64,000 bases of DNA from Dehalococcoidia bacterium (GCA_030740155.1 JASLXV010000032.1:64001-128000); one strand, 5' to 3'; shown: positions 29,713 through 39,981, counted from the stretch's first letter. Notes: generated by a model from the letters alone, not told the origin. A program made the numbers and translations.

Positions 29713-30345
29713 TCAGTCCCGGCCGCCGCCGGAGCCGTCGCCGCCGCCAGTGCCGCCGCCGGAGCCGCTGCCGGTTCCACGGGCAGGCTCCGCGGCCAGC
29801 AATTCGTCCAGGGCCGCCCGCAACGAGGCGGCGTTCATCGGCCCCACGAATTTCTTCACCAAAAGCCCGCCGCCGTCGATGAGGAATTTCTCCGGAATAC
29901 CCCTGACGCCATAGTCGATGGCGATGGTCCCCCTGGCGTCGATGCCGTTGGGGTAGGTGACGCCGTAACGCTCCAGGTAGGCCTCGGCGTCATCCCTGCG
30001 GTCCCAGATGTCGACGCCGATGAATTCAACGCCTCGATTCCGGTATTCCAGGTATGCCTGGGCCAGGATTGGGGCCTCCTTGCGGCAAGGGGGGCACCAA
30101 GACGCCCAGAAATCAAAGAGCAGGACGTGGCCCCGCAGGCTGGACAGGGTCACCGTGGAGCCGTCGAGCAACTCCAGGGAGAACTCTGGGGCGGCGTCAC
30201 GATCGACCTGGATTTCGCCGTAAGCATTGTTGACTCCCAGGCCGCCCGGGCTGCCGCCCGACTCGACCAACGCCCAGGCCAGCAGCGCAATCAATCCCAA
30301 CACCGGGATTGAGGAGCCCAGCAATATCCAGCCTCGTTTGCTCAA
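29713..30345 (-). CDS. ccmG: TlpA/CcmG thiol-disulfide oxidoreductase
   Basis: N-terminal TM; FWASWCPPCRKE; YGVRGIPE; in ccm cluster. Confidence 0.85.
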   Translation of the reverse strand: MSKRGWILLGSSIPVLGLIALLAWALVESGGSPGGLGVNNAYGEIQVDRDAAPEFSLELLDGSTVTLSSLRGHVLLFDFWASWCPPCRKEAPILAQAYLEYRNRGVEFIGVDIWDRRDDAEAYLERYGVTYPNGIDARGTIAIDYGVRGIPEKFLIDGGGLLVKKFVGPMNAASLRAALDELLAAEPARGTGSGSGGGTGGGDGSGGGRD

Positions 30346-31625
30346 CTCTCCAACTCACTCTCTTTGCCGTCTGGCCGCTCCCGTTCTCCCGGCGGCGCTT
30401 GATCCTCCCCGCCCTTGGGCTGAGGAGTCTCCAATATCCGGTTCTTCAGCCGGTCTCGCTGGGGCCGGTATTCCTCCTCCGGCAGGTCCCCTCGCTGGAA
30501 CCCCTCGTCGAGGGCCGCTATCTCGTGGATCAGGGAGGCTCGCTGTGGCGGCTCCCGGCCGATCCCCTCGGGGGCGGCTGCCACGGAGGGAACGGCCCTC
30601 CGCGAAGCGCCGGTTATCCCGAGCAGCAACAGGATGGCCAGGACCGCGCCGGCGGCCCCAGGCACGGCCGCCCGCCAGAGGGCGGCACTGCTGGCCGATT
30701 TGCCGAGACGCGTCGCCAGACCGGGCTCGGGAAGGTTCGACAGCTCCAGGACCAGGTCCTGGCCGATCTGGAAATCCCTACCCTGCCAGACCCGGTAGAA
30801 GGACCCTTCGATGTTTACCGTTGGGGCCGGTTCCAGAGGAGCGACCTGGATCGAAGCCATCTGCTCGGGCACCAGCACCTGGAATAGGGCCGATCCCTGG
30901 ATAAAGCTCTGCCGGTAGGAGGCCCGGTCACCCCGGTAGGAAAAGCGGAAAGAGAAGTCGACCGCGTGTTCTCCGGGGACCACGGCTGAATCGATGGCGA
31001 ATCCGGTGCCGGTGGGCAGGATATCTCCACCGGGCAGGTCCGACTGCACGCTGAGGTCCTCGGCCAGGGGCGGCAGCGAGAAGCCCAGGAAGCCCTCCCC
31101 CCCCACCTCCACGGGACCGGGCAGGAAGGTGCGGTCGCTCGGGTTTTTCAGTCTCACGAACTCGAAGGCCGATATCTCCCGGTTCTTCTCATCTACACCG
31201 GCGATCAGCAGGGCCTGGAGGCTCACCGTCAGGACTGACGGGTCCTGGGTCGTCTCGTACACGGTGAGCCGGACCTCATCAACCAGTTCATTCGGGCCCA
31301 GCTCCTCGGTATAGAACACTCCTTGGTAGTCTACGCTGAGGAGGTAGCGCCCTCCTTCCAGCAGGGGCACCTGGTCGAAACGAAAGCTGGCGCCATCGCC
31401 GATCGTCGTCTGGTCCGCCGTTCTCAGGTTTCCCGCCTGGTCGGAGGCCAGCAGGAATACCGGGAGGTCCGGAGGGGTTGCCGCGCCGCTGGTGCCGTTG
31501 GACACTGTTCCTTGGATCGTGATCGTTTCCTGGGCGTTGCTCGTGTCCGGACCTCCCGCCGCGAGGGCCAGGGTCAGAGCCGTGATCAGCACGGCCAGCC
31601 GTATGCCCAACCGCCGGCCCCTCAT
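30342..31625 (-). CDS. Secreted, membrane-anchored protein with carboxypeptidase-regulatory-like beta domain (ccm-cluster associated)
   Basis: Signal peptide, I.GTV.NGT, C-terminal TM then IAALDE.F..G.L.EEEY...R..LK; ATG overlaps upstream stop (ATGA). Confidence 0.7.
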   Translation of the reverse strand: MRGRRLGIRLAVLITALTLALAAGGPDTSNAQETITIQGTVSNGTSGAATPPDLPVFLLASDQAGNLRTADQTTIGDGASFRFDQVPLLEGGRYLLSVDYQGVFYTEELGPNELVDEVRLTVYETTQDPSVLTVSLQALLIAGVDEKNREISAFEFVRLKNPSDRTFLPGPVEVGGEGFLGFSLPPLAEDLSVQSDLPGGDILPTGTGFAIDSAVVPGEHAVDFSFRFSYRGDRASYRQSFIQGSALFQVLVPEQMASIQVAPLEPAPTVNIEGSFYRVWQGRDFQIGQDLVLELSNLPEPGLATRLGKSASSAALWRAAVPGAAGAVLAILLLLGITGASRRAVPSVAAAPEGIGREPPQRASLIHEIAALDEGFQRGDLPEEEYRPQRDRLKNRILETPQPKGGEDQAPPGERERPDGKESELES

Positions 31626-32068
31626 GCTGAAGCTGGATCCGAGGGGCCGGACTTTTCGCCGCACTCGGGGCAGGCGCCGCTGCCCGGCGCCGAAGCCGCT
31701 CCGCAGCCGGGACAAGGGCGTGAGATTCCACCGGATCCCCATAGTTCCGACCGGGCTGCCAGTACTTCCTGCTCCAACGCCCAGTCGGGATCGCTTTCCC
31801 GCTCCTTCACCACTTGCCGCAGCGCGGTGGCGGCCTGGAGGCGGTAACCCTGAAGCTGTTCCCGGTATAGCTGGTCCGGCACCTGCCCCAACTCGTGCTC
31901 CAGCCGCAGGATGCGAATGGCCTCGTAAATGGCCTCCAACTCCGGCGCTTCCTGATCCACTGCAACCACCGGACCCTCACCCCAATTCCTCGAACGAGAC
32001 TTGAGGAACGGGAAGGCCACTATGGCAACGCTGAACACGGCCAGGGCAGCGCCCAATACCAATCCCAT
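31622..32068 (-). CDS. CcmI-like small membrane protein with C-terminal zinc ribbon
   Basis: N-terminal TM, IYEAIR.L.LEHELG....Y, CPGCG...CPECG. Confidence 0.7.
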   Translation of the reverse strand: MGLVLGAALAVFSVAIVAFPFLKSRSRNWGEGPVVAVDQEAPELEAIYEAIRILRLEHELGQVPDQLYREQLQGYRLQAATALRQVVKERESDPDWALEQEVLAARSELWGSGGISRPCPGCGAASAPGSGACPECGEKSGPSDPASA

Positions 32069-32245
32069 GCTGTTAGCCTGCTTTCACTATCGAATGTTGA
32101 GCGGTCAGTAACTAGCTTTCAGCTGTCAGCCCTTTTCTGGCCGAAGGCGGCCGAACGGCAATACGCGAGAGAGGGCCTCCCGCTGTAACGCCGGCCGTCC
32201 CACCGGCCTTCAACCTGGCGGCCGACCGCTGCTCACCTGCGAGCC

Positions 32246-34243
32246 TCACGCCGTGGTGGGCCTGGTGGCCGCCGGGACTCGCCCCGGTGCGGGCTCCCGG
32301 GACGGCGCCCGGCGGCGCTGGGGCCATAGCGCGACCACGGTGCCCGCCACGAGCACCGGTCCCGCCACCCACATCCACCAGATGAGCGGGTTCACCAGGA
32401 CCCGGAACCCAACCATTCCGTTGGAGAGGTTCTCACTGGGAACCACGTACAGGTCCTCCACCGGAGTCGACCGGATGGCGGCCCGAGTCGACGCCATGCT
32501 GAAGGCGGGGTAGAAGGCCCGGGCCGGCCGCATGATCGTCAACAGCTTGCCGTCCCGGTAGACCTCGACTTCGGACACAAACTCGGTGCGATTACCCTTT
32601 TCCTCTTCCTGCGTGCCCAGGTACCGTAGCTCGTACTCCGCAATGGTCAAGCTATCGCCGGGGGCCAGCACCGCGTCTCGCTGGGTGTTGAAAAATGTGG
32701 TGCCGACGATGCCCAGCGCCAGCATTACCACCGATAGATGGACGATGTACCCGCCATACCGGGGCCGGTTGGCCGCGAGGAGACGGAAGAACGCCGTTGG
32801 GTAGCTCTCCCCAGACGAGCGGTGCCTGACACGAGTACCCCGGGACCACTCCAGAAGTATGCCGGCGGTCACCAGCGCTCCCAGACCGAATCCCGTGAGC
32901 GGGTACGCCTGCCGCACGCCCAGGGCCAGCAGCAGCACCACCAACGCCACGGCGATGAGGCCGGGCAGGAGCAGTGCCCGGCGGACGCTGGCCGGGGTCG
33001 CCCGGCGCCAGGGCAGCAGGGGGCCCACCCCCATCAAGAAAAGCAGGCCCAGCAGCAGCGGCCCGTTCACCTGGTCGTAGAAGGGGCGGGCCACGGTGAT
33101 CTCCTCGCCGATGGCCAGGCGGGATAGCAAAGGGTAGACAGTGCCCCAGAGGGTGACGAAGGCGATGGCCAGCAACAGGAAGTTATTGACCAGGAAGGCC
33201 GCCTCGCGGGACAGCATCGAGTCAAGTTTCTGGGCACTCTTGAGCAGCGGATAGCGCCAGAAGAAGACGGCGAAGGGCACCAGCACGCCCACGGCCAAGA
33301 AGACGAGGAAGATCCACCCCAGGGTGGAGGCCCCGAAGGAGTGCACCGAGGCGACCTGACCGCCCCGGTTCATGAACATGCCGTACAGGGCCATGCCGAA
33401 GGACACGTTAATCAGCACGATATTCCACATCCGGAACATCCCCCGCCGCTTTTGCACCATGATGGAGTGGACGAATGCGGTCAGGGCCAGCCAGGGCATC
33501 AGTCCCGCGTTTTCCACCGGGTCCCAGAACCAGAACCCGCCCCATCCCAGAATGGTGTAGGCCCACCAGGAGCCCAGCAGCAGGCCGCTCGCCAGCAAGA
33601 CCCAGGACACGATCCCCCACAAGCGGCCCTGGTCCACCCACTCGTCCCCGCTCTTGCCGCCTAATTGGGAGCCCAGGGCGAAGGCGAAGGGCAAGGTGAT
33701 GCCGATCAGGCCGGCCATCAGGGCTGGGGGATGGAAGAACATGCCCACATGGGTCAGCAGCGGGTTGAGGCCCTCGCCGTCGGCCGGGATGAAGGGCAGC
33801 TTTTCGAAGGGGTTCGCCATGAACGCCGTCACCGCCAGGAAGAACGCCAGAACCAGCATCAAGATCGCGGTGGTGTAGGGCAGGGTGTCGCGGACTTTCA
33901 CCGGCGCCCGCCAGATGGCGATGCCCGACATCGCCGACAGCACGAAGGCGATGAAGAGCAGCGACCCCTCGTTGCCGGCGTAGAACGCCACCCAGGTGAA
34001 GCGGCCGGCCATCGCCAGATCGCTGTGGCGGGCCACGTAGGCTATCTCGAAGTCCCGGTTGATGAATGCCGACACCAGGCTGAGGGTCGCCACCAGGAGC
34101 ACCAGGACCGTCAGGTATGCGGCACTTCGGGAACTCTGGATCAGGACTGGAACACCCCGGACCTGGCCCACCAAAGACCCAATGGCGGCGTAGGCCGAGA
34201 GAGCCAGCGCCAGCAGTAAGCAGATTGCGCCTAGATCAGCCAT
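32246..34243 (-). CDS. ccmF: Cytochrome c maturation heme lyase CcmF
   Basis: AGNEGSLL, GLNPLL, HPP, WAY..LGWGGFWFWDPVENA, SVHSF, EDLYV, NPLI.WMW. Confidence 0.95.
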   Translation of the reverse strand: MADLGAICLLLALALSAYAAIGSLVGQVRGVPVLIQSSRSAAYLTVLVLLVATLSLVSAFINRDFEIAYVARHSDLAMAGRFTWVAFYAGNEGSLLFIAFVLSAMSGIAIWRAPVKVRDTLPYTTAILMLVLAFFLAVTAFMANPFEKLPFIPADGEGLNPLLTHVGMFFHPPALMAGLIGITLPFAFALGSQLGGKSGDEWVDQGRLWGIVSWVLLASGLLLGSWWAYTILGWGGFWFWDPVENAGLMPWLALTAFVHSIMVQKRRGMFRMWNIVLINVSFGMALYGMFMNRGGQVASVHSFGASTLGWIFLVFLAVGVLVPFAVFFWRYPLLKSAQKLDSMLSREAAFLVNNFLLLAIAFVTLWGTVYPLLSRLAIGEEITVARPFYDQVNGPLLLGLLFLMGVGPLLPWRRATPASVRRALLLPGLIAVALVVLLLALGVRQAYPLTGFGLGALVTAGILLEWSRGTRVRHRSSGESYPTAFFRLLAANRPRYGGYIVHLSVVMLALGIVGTTFFNTQRDAVLAPGDSLTIAEYELRYLGTQEEEKGNRTEFVSEVEVYRDGKLLTIMRPARAFYPAFSMASTRAAIRSTPVEDLYVVPSENLSNGMVGFRVLVNPLIWWMWVAGPVLVAGTVVALWPQRRRAPSREPAPGRVPAATRPTTA

Positions 34244-34294
34244 GGGGAATGAAGCCTGCCTCCTTTTTGGCCTGCCAGACCGGCGAAGCCGCGG

Positions 34295-34933
34295 CTAGCG
34301 CTCGCCTTCCGGTTGAGAATCTTCGCCCCGAAGGGGTCCTACGCCGCCGGCGCCCGGGTTGGATGCAACTTGGGTCTCGCCGCCACTCTCGGACATCATG
34401 GAGGCCGGCCGGCGCCCGGAGGGTCCTTCGCCGTTCAGCAGGCCCAGGTCCCGGTCTACGGTCTCCAGGAAAGGCTCCAGGCCGTCTTCCGGTGACGGCC
34501 CGGCAGCGGGCTTTCCACCACCGCCGGCCGCCATCGACCGGAGAATCGCCAGCGCGCCCACCAGCGCCGCCACGACCCCGGCCACGGGCAAGATCCAGGC
34601 CAGCAGGTTAACGCCGGACTTGGGTGGGGCGGCCAAGACACCGGGCCCGTAACGGTCGACGAAGAAGTCCAGGATTTTAGCGCGGCTGGAGCCATGGGAC
34701 AGCATCTCCCGTACCACTCCGCGCATCTGCCGGGCCAACTCCACCTGGGCCTGGTCGATGGTCTCGGCCGGGCAAACCGGGCACATCAGGCTCCGGTCGA
34801 TGGCCTGGGCTTCTTCCTCGTCGTAGGGCAGGACCTGGGCCAGGGCGGTGCCTCCGCTCAGCAGCAACACCGGGAGCAGCCCCGCGATAAGCGCCAGGGA
34901 CCTAGGCCAGTTGGATGGCAATCGAATGCCCAT
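34295..34933 (-). CDS. ccmH: Cytochrome c maturation protein CcmH
   Basis: LMCPVC, A.QMR..V, FVDRYG..VL..P, W.LP. Confidence 0.9.
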   Translation of the reverse strand: MGIRLPSNWPRSLALIAGLLPVLLLSGGTALAQVLPYDEEEAQAIDRSLMCPVCPAETIDQAQVELARQMRGVVREMLSHGSSRAKILDFFVDRYGPGVLAAPPKSGVNLLAWILPVAGVVAALVGALAILRSMAAGGGGKPAAGPSPEDGLEPFLETVDRDLGLLNGEGPSGRRPASMMSESGGETQVASNPGAGGVGPLRGEDSQPEGER

Positions 34934-35505
34934 ATACCAGTCCCAGTTGGGGGTCTCGGCGGGCCGGGCGGTCCCCCGGGTTCTTGACGGAGACCGGCGA
35001 CGCGGGCCGGTGGTTGAGGAATGGGGTCCGGGCTTGAGCCTCCCTTCCCGGTCGGCCATGGAGCCGGACCAGGACACCCTGCGTCGGCTCCCCTTGGCGG
35101 TGGGACAACGGCGAGGGCAAGGTGGAGGGAAAACCCGTCTCCCAATCGACCGGCGTCCCGTGGCAGTGGAGGCCACGGGCTTCAAGCCCGCTGAAGTCTG
35201 GCGTTGGCGTGGCGGGTGGTGGGCTCAAAATCCCTTGAAGTCGGAGGCAGCAACCCGGCTTGCGGAAATCATCAGGAGTAGCTGGTTCATTGCTGCTGTT
35301 GAGGATCGATGATGTGCTTCGCCGCGGCTCTGAGGCCCGACGACGCGGGACACCACCACTCCGCTAAGGATAAACCCCTCGATGCCCCGATTGTCAATGG
35401 CCGTGTACGTGCGGCGTAGGGACAACCGGGGCGTGGCTTACTCGAGACAGCGCCGTCACCGGTGCCCGTCTTGAGACCCCGGTATTCTCCCACGGCCAGA
35501 CGGCG

Positions 35506-36486
35506 TTACGGGGTAACCACGAAGTCTCCGAACATGGTGAAGTTGTGTCCGGGGAATGTACACACGAACTGGTAGGTGCCCGCCGCGGGGGCGTCGAAGC
35601 TGACATCTCCCGTGGCGCCCGCGTTTAGCACCTTGGTGTTGGCGATAACGTCGGCGTCGCCGGGCTGTACCCAGTCGTTGCCGGGACCGGCCGCGGTGCC
35701 TCGGGAGGAAACGGCGTCTTTCGTCCCGGCTTTCACGATCACCACGTTATGCTGATTGATGCCGGAGACGTTATCGAAGCTCAGGACCACCTCGCTGCCG
35801 GCGGCGACCTCTAAAGCGTCTTTGTCGAACTGGAGCGCGTCCCCGTTGACGCTGATCTCCAGGGTGCCGGCCGCTGATGAGTCATCGGGCGGCTGTGTCG
35901 GCGGAGGTGTGGCCTCTGGGGTCGCGGTCTCGCCAGCCGCACCGGTCATACCTGCCGACGTCGGGGCCAGCGTGCTGGTGATGTATTCGACAATGGCGGT
36001 TTGTTCGCCAGCGGTCAGCAGCTTGCTGAAGTTCGGCATCGCGACAACGCCGGAGCGCATGAAGCCCAGGATGCCTCCGGGGCCGATGGCCTTGGCCTGG
36101 TCGGAGGTCAGGTCCGGGCTGACGGCGGCCTCGTAGCCGTAGGAGTTGACCAGCGTTTGCAGCACCGGCCCGTCGCCCTGGCCGGTCAGGCCGTGGCACA
36201 TCGAGCAGTTGACCATGTACAGGTGCCGCCCGTCGGTGAACGACGTGGATTCAGGACCGGGATACCAGGCCACGGAACTCGCCGGCGCACTCAACCGGGG
36301 TGGCTCGTGAGACTTGTAGGTCTGCTGGTAGTGCATCTCGTAGAAGATGTCCAGGGGATAGGCCCCCTGGCTGCACCCGGCGGCTACCAGGCCCAACAAG
36401 AGAGCCAGGCCGAATAGGTAGCCCCGGACCCTTCGACGGCCGGCGCTACGGGGTTGATTCGGTTGTGTCGTTCGCTGATTGCTCAT
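35506..36486 (-). CDS. actE: ACIII subunit ActE (monoheme cytochrome c lipoprotein) fused to an auracyanin-like cupredoxin domain
   Basis: Lipobox AAGC, EMHYQ, CSMCHG..G.GDG, AMP Met ligand, PT linker, then HNVVIV...CTFPGH..TM type-1 Cu site. Confidence 0.88.
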   Translation of the reverse strand: MSNQRTTQPNQPRSAGRRRVRGYLFGLALLLGLVAAGCSQGAYPLDIFYEMHYQQTYKSHEPPRLSAPASSVAWYPGPESTSFTDGRHLYMVNCSMCHGLTGQGDGPVLQTLVNSYGYEAAVSPDLTSDQAKAIGPGGILGFMRSGVVAMPNFSKLLTAGEQTAIVEYITSTLAPTSAGMTGAAGETATPEATPPPTQPPDDSSAAGTLEISVNGDALQFDKDALEVAAGSEVVLSFDNVSGINQHNVVIVKAGTKDAVSSRGTAAGPGNDWVQPGDADVIANTKVLNAGATGDVSFDAPAAGTYQFVCTFPGHNFTMFGDFVVTP

Positions 36487-36500
36487 TCCCGTGTGAATCC

Positions 36501-37010
36501 CTAGGTTTCCCGTACCACGTCTACGGCACCCGCTTGGGTAAGTATGCCGGACACCTGCGGCAGCTGTTCCTCTTCGGCGTTAACTAGGACGCCGATGTAG
36601 CCCTCGGTGATGCGGGTGTCGTACAGGCCAAGCTTAAACTTGGGCAACCGGAACTCGAAGATAATCCCGAGCACGGTGAACATTATGGCGCCCAGCATGG
36701 TGGTCTCGTAGGTTACCACCGCCATCGGTGGGAGGGATAGGATGGGCTTGCCCCCCTGCACCAGGGGGTAGGCCATCTGGGTCATGGAGGTCAGGATGAT
36801 ACCCGCCGTCAATCCGATCAACGCGCCGACAAAGGGGAAGATGTACAGCCGGTGGGGCTCAGGCCGTTCCCCGAAAGCCCCTTCCGGGTAGGGGGCGTCG
36901 GTCAGGAAGTCGTAATCATTGGGCGATATGTTCGCAGCCTGCAGGGCATCCCCCGCTTCGGCAGCGTAGTTTGCATCTTCAAAGAGCCCCAGTATCGGCC
37001 GTCTCGCCAT
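36501..37010 (-). CDS. actD: ACIII subunit ActD (DUF3341)
   Basis: GLF, PYP, YPL.QGGKP..S.PP..V.TYE.T.L, YD.RI.EG.IG. Confidence 0.88.
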   Translation of the reverse strand: MARRPILGLFEDANYAAEAGDALQAANISPNDYDFLTDAPYPEGAFGERPEPHRLYIFPFVGALIGLTAGIILTSMTQMAYPLVQGGKPILSLPPMAVVTYETTMLGAIMFTVLGIIFEFRLPKFKLGLYDTRITEGYIGVLVNAEEEQLPQVSGILTQAGAVDVVRET

Positions 37011-37079
37011 CTCTTTATCCTCCCTTCATCCCCGCTTCCGGCCACGCTCCCATAGGAGAGTGCCTCGGGGTGAAAGCCG

Positions 37080-38471
37080 TTAATCCTCTCGAAATACCGC
37101 GGGCACGGTCCGGCGCCCAATCTTGAACTCGGTCTTCAGGATGTCCCCTTCTTTTATGTCGTAAAGCGGTATCAGCGGGACCACTTTGCTCAGCAGCAGG
37201 ACCAGCATGGCCACCATGGCGAAGGTCGCTCCGATGATGACGGCCTCTACCCAGGTGGGGCGGTAGGTGTACCAGTCGAAGGAGAACATCTGCTTCTGCG
37301 CCAGTCCGGGCACGAAAATCAGGAACCTCTCCAGCCACATGCCGATGTTAACCGCGATGCAGGCGATTGACATAATCCACAGGTTGCGGCGGGCGCCCTT
37401 GTTCAGCCACAGACTCACCGGCAGGAAGTAGGTCAGTATCACAAAGGCGATCATCCACAGGTTCCAGGGCGGCTGGGTAAACTGGAAGCTGCGCAGCGCG
37501 ATCTCGTCAGCCTCCCGCCCGTAGAACCCGAAAACCACTTCCATCACGAAGAAGTAGAACCAGCCGGTGGCCACCACTATCAGCAAGCGTCCCAGGGCGT
37601 CGATGTGCTCGTGGCGGATGTAAGACTGCCACCCGTAGGCCCAGCGCAGCAGTATCATCACGAAGGTAACCGCCGAGACTCCCGAGTGGACGGCGCCCAC
37701 CACGAAGTAGGGGGCGAAGATTGTCGAGTGCCACGACTTGACCGACACGGCCATGCCGAAGTCCCAGGAGACTATGCTGTGGACCGACACGAACACCGGC
37801 AGTATCAGCGCCGACAGCAGCACTCCCGCGATAATCTGAAGCTTCCATTGGCGCGGGTTGCCCTGCCAGCCCATGGCCAGCACCCCGTATATCTTGTGGC
37901 TGATCCCGGTGGTGCGGTCTCGAAGCACCGCCAGGTCGGGGAGCAGCGCGACCATAACGAACAGGATGCTGGAGGTCAGGTAGGTGAATATGGCGCTGGG
38001 GTCCCACACCAGGGGCGACCGGATGTTGGGCCATACCCCGCGGGCGATGTCGTAGGGAACGAAGGGCACGGTGTAGACCCAGTAGACCAGGCGCCAGGGA
38101 CGACCGCTGTGAATCAGCGGCATCAGCACCGCGGTCATCAGCGAGAAGACTGTGAGCACTTCGGCAGCCCGGGTGGCCGGCCTCCGCCACTCGGCCTTGG
38201 AGAGCCGTAGGATGGCGGACAGCATAACGCCCGCATGGCTGATACCGATCCAGAAGACGAAGTTGGTGATGAAGAATCCCCACATCACCGGCCGGTTCAG
38301 CCCGGTCACTCCCAGGCCGCGGTTGATCATGTAGCCTGTGGCGCCCAGGGCGATCAGGACGATCATACCCAGGATGGCGATCGTAAACCAGAACCACTTG
38401 GGCGTGAACAGGATCGATCGCAGTAGGTCCGCGTTAACCTGTTTTGCCGATAGGACTCTACCTTCCTGCAT
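37080..38471 (-). CDS. actC: ACIII subunit ActC (NrfD/PsrC family quinol-binding subunit)
   Basis: GLGVTGL..PV.WG..ITNFVFWIGISHAG, WRRP.TRAAE, HSGRPW, SPLVWD, VSVHSIVSWDF, WHSTIFAPYFV.GA.HSG, GMWLERF. Confidence 0.93.
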   Translation of the reverse strand: MQEGRVLSAKQVNADLLRSILFTPKWFWFTIAILGMIVLIALGATGYMINRGLGVTGLNRPVMWGFFITNFVFWIGISHAGVMLSAILRLSKAEWRRPATRAAEVLTVFSLMTAVLMPLIHSGRPWRLVYWVYTVPFVPYDIARGVWPNIRSPLVWDPSAIFTYLTSSILFVMVALLPDLAVLRDRTTGISHKIYGVLAMGWQGNPRQWKLQIIAGVLLSALILPVFVSVHSIVSWDFGMAVSVKSWHSTIFAPYFVVGAVHSGVSAVTFVMILLRWAYGWQSYIRHEHIDALGRLLIVVATGWFYFFVMEVVFGFYGREADEIALRSFQFTQPPWNLWMIAFVILTYFLPVSLWLNKGARRNLWIMSIACIAVNIGMWLERFLIFVPGLAQKQMFSFDWYTYRPTWVEAVIIGATFAMVAMLVLLLSKVVPLIPLYDIKEGDILKTEFKIGRRTVPAVFRED

Positions 38472-38574
38472 GGAAGCTCCTAGACGTTTTGTAACCCATC
38501 AACCATTTGTCCGAGGCGTTCCCCAGTCCTCTCCCCGCCGGCCCTCGAGGGCCGCCGGATGACTGCCGGGCCGC

Positions 38575-39981
38575 CTATTCAGGTTTGGCCAACACCAGGT
38601 AGTGGCCGCGTATAAAGGTGCCCATCCGCTGATACATGGTGCCCTCTTTGACCTCCCAAGTGGAGAGAATCGGTATCAGCCGCGTTGCCGCTAGGTAGAA
38701 CAGGGCAGCTCCTCCTATCCCGCCCAGGATCATGAACACGTCCCAAACGTCGGGCCAGACTGCCGCGGGCACGTGGGACAACCCCAGGTTGTATATGTCC
38801 CCCGCATTGAACGACCCGACGAAGGTCCGGATGTTGAAAAGTAAAGCTCCCACCAGGGCGGACAGGCCGGCCAGCGGCGCTCCCCAAGCTCTCCGGCGCA
38901 CCGGGTTCCACAGCAGGATCAAGAGGGGCAGGGCGAAGCTGAATATGAAATTGGCCAAGAACACCCAGCCGTAGGCCTCGAAGAACAGGTACTTGAGGAT
39001 GTTCTGCTCTACCTCCAGGCGGCCAAACCAGTAGGTCACGCCGAAGGCGAAGACCATGTAGCACCACAGCAGGGTGAAACCCAGGAGTATCTTGCTGGCC
39101 GACCAGAAGGGCGACACGCCGATGTACTCCTGGTAGCCTCCCCAGCGGCGCAGAATGAACAGTATCACCAGGATCATGCCCAGGGATGACTGAAAGCTGG
39201 TGAGCGTGTATATGACCGGGAAAATCGAGTCTTTCCAGCCCGGTATCAGGCTCTGGCCGAACTCCGTGCTGATGATGAAGTGGATGTAAAGCAGGAACAT
39301 GAAGTAGAACCCGCCCAGCATGGCCAGCGCGGCCTTCTGGGTGATCCACTGCCGCTTGGTGCCGTACCAGTGTCCCGCCAGGAGCGAGTACACCTTCCGG
39401 CGAAGCCCGGTGGACGACAGCCGGGCCTCCGCCATGTCGGGCATCGCGGAGAACCACAGGATGGCCAGGCCCAGAATGGCCAGGAAGATCACGCCCAGCA
39501 GGTCCCACACGTAGGGAGCGCCGACGGGCACTTCAAACCAGAGGGTGCGGCGTACCTCCATCTGCTCGGGCCCGGAGCCGGGGTTCTTGATGGGTGGCAT
39601 CACCAGCATCAACGGGATGAACATCAGGAGGGTGAAGATGCTCACCACGGAGAACAGCTCCGCTATTCGCGAGAGGGGGCGTCTCCAGTGGCTCTTGGTG
39701 AACCGGAAAGCGACCGCCGCCAACGGAGCGGTTCCGGTAACCATGAATACAAACGAGAAGACGGCGGCGTAGTAGCCCCAGGGCCCATGCTCGCTGAAAC
39801 CATCATCGATGACCCGGACGATGAAGCCGGTGATCCCCAACACGAGCAGCATGGCCGAGATGGTCATGGCGATCGCCAACCGGTCGGGCAGGACGAAGGT
39901 CTTGCCCAACAGGTCCTTGGTTACCTTGTTCGCCTCGGGGAAGACCCATACTCCGGCGTTATGATGTCCGTTAACCGCCAT
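38575..39981 (-). CDS. actF: ACIII subunit ActF-like NrfD paralogue
   Basis: Colinear with ActC (WG.Y, WRRPLSRIAE, P.VWD, PGWKDSIFP) but lacks HxGRPW. Confidence 0.75.
   Translation of the reverse strand: MAVNGHHNAGVWVFPEANKVTKDLLGKTFVLPDRLAIAMTISAMLLVLGITGFIVRVIDDGFSEHGPWGYYAAVFSFVFMVTGTAPLAAVAFRFTKSHWRRPLSRIAELFSVVSIFTLLMFIPLMLVMPPIKNPGSGPEQMEVRRTLWFEVPVGAPYVWDLLGVIFLAILGLAILWFSAMPDMAEARLSSTGLRRKVYSLLAGHWYGTKRQWITQKAALAMLGGFYFMFLLYIHFIISTEFGQSLIPGWKDSIFPVIYTLTSFQSSLGMILVILFILRRWGGYQEYIGVSPFWSASKILLGFTLLWCYMVFAFGVTYWFGRLEVEQNILKYLFFEAYGWVFLANFIFSFALPLLILLWNPVRRRAWGAPLAGLSALVGALLFNIRTFVGSFNAGDIYNLGLSHVPAAVWPDVWDVFMILGGIGGAALFYLAATRLIPILSTWEVKEGTMYQRMGTFIRGHYLVLAKPE

Noticed and set aside
34934..35290. 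Small ORF MNQLLLMISASRVAASDFKGF ending in a TGA in frame with ccmH (possible Sec read-through)
   Set aside because: No Cys/Sec redox motif, and the intervening translation is Arg/Pro-rich noise. CcmH has its own signal peptide from 34933.
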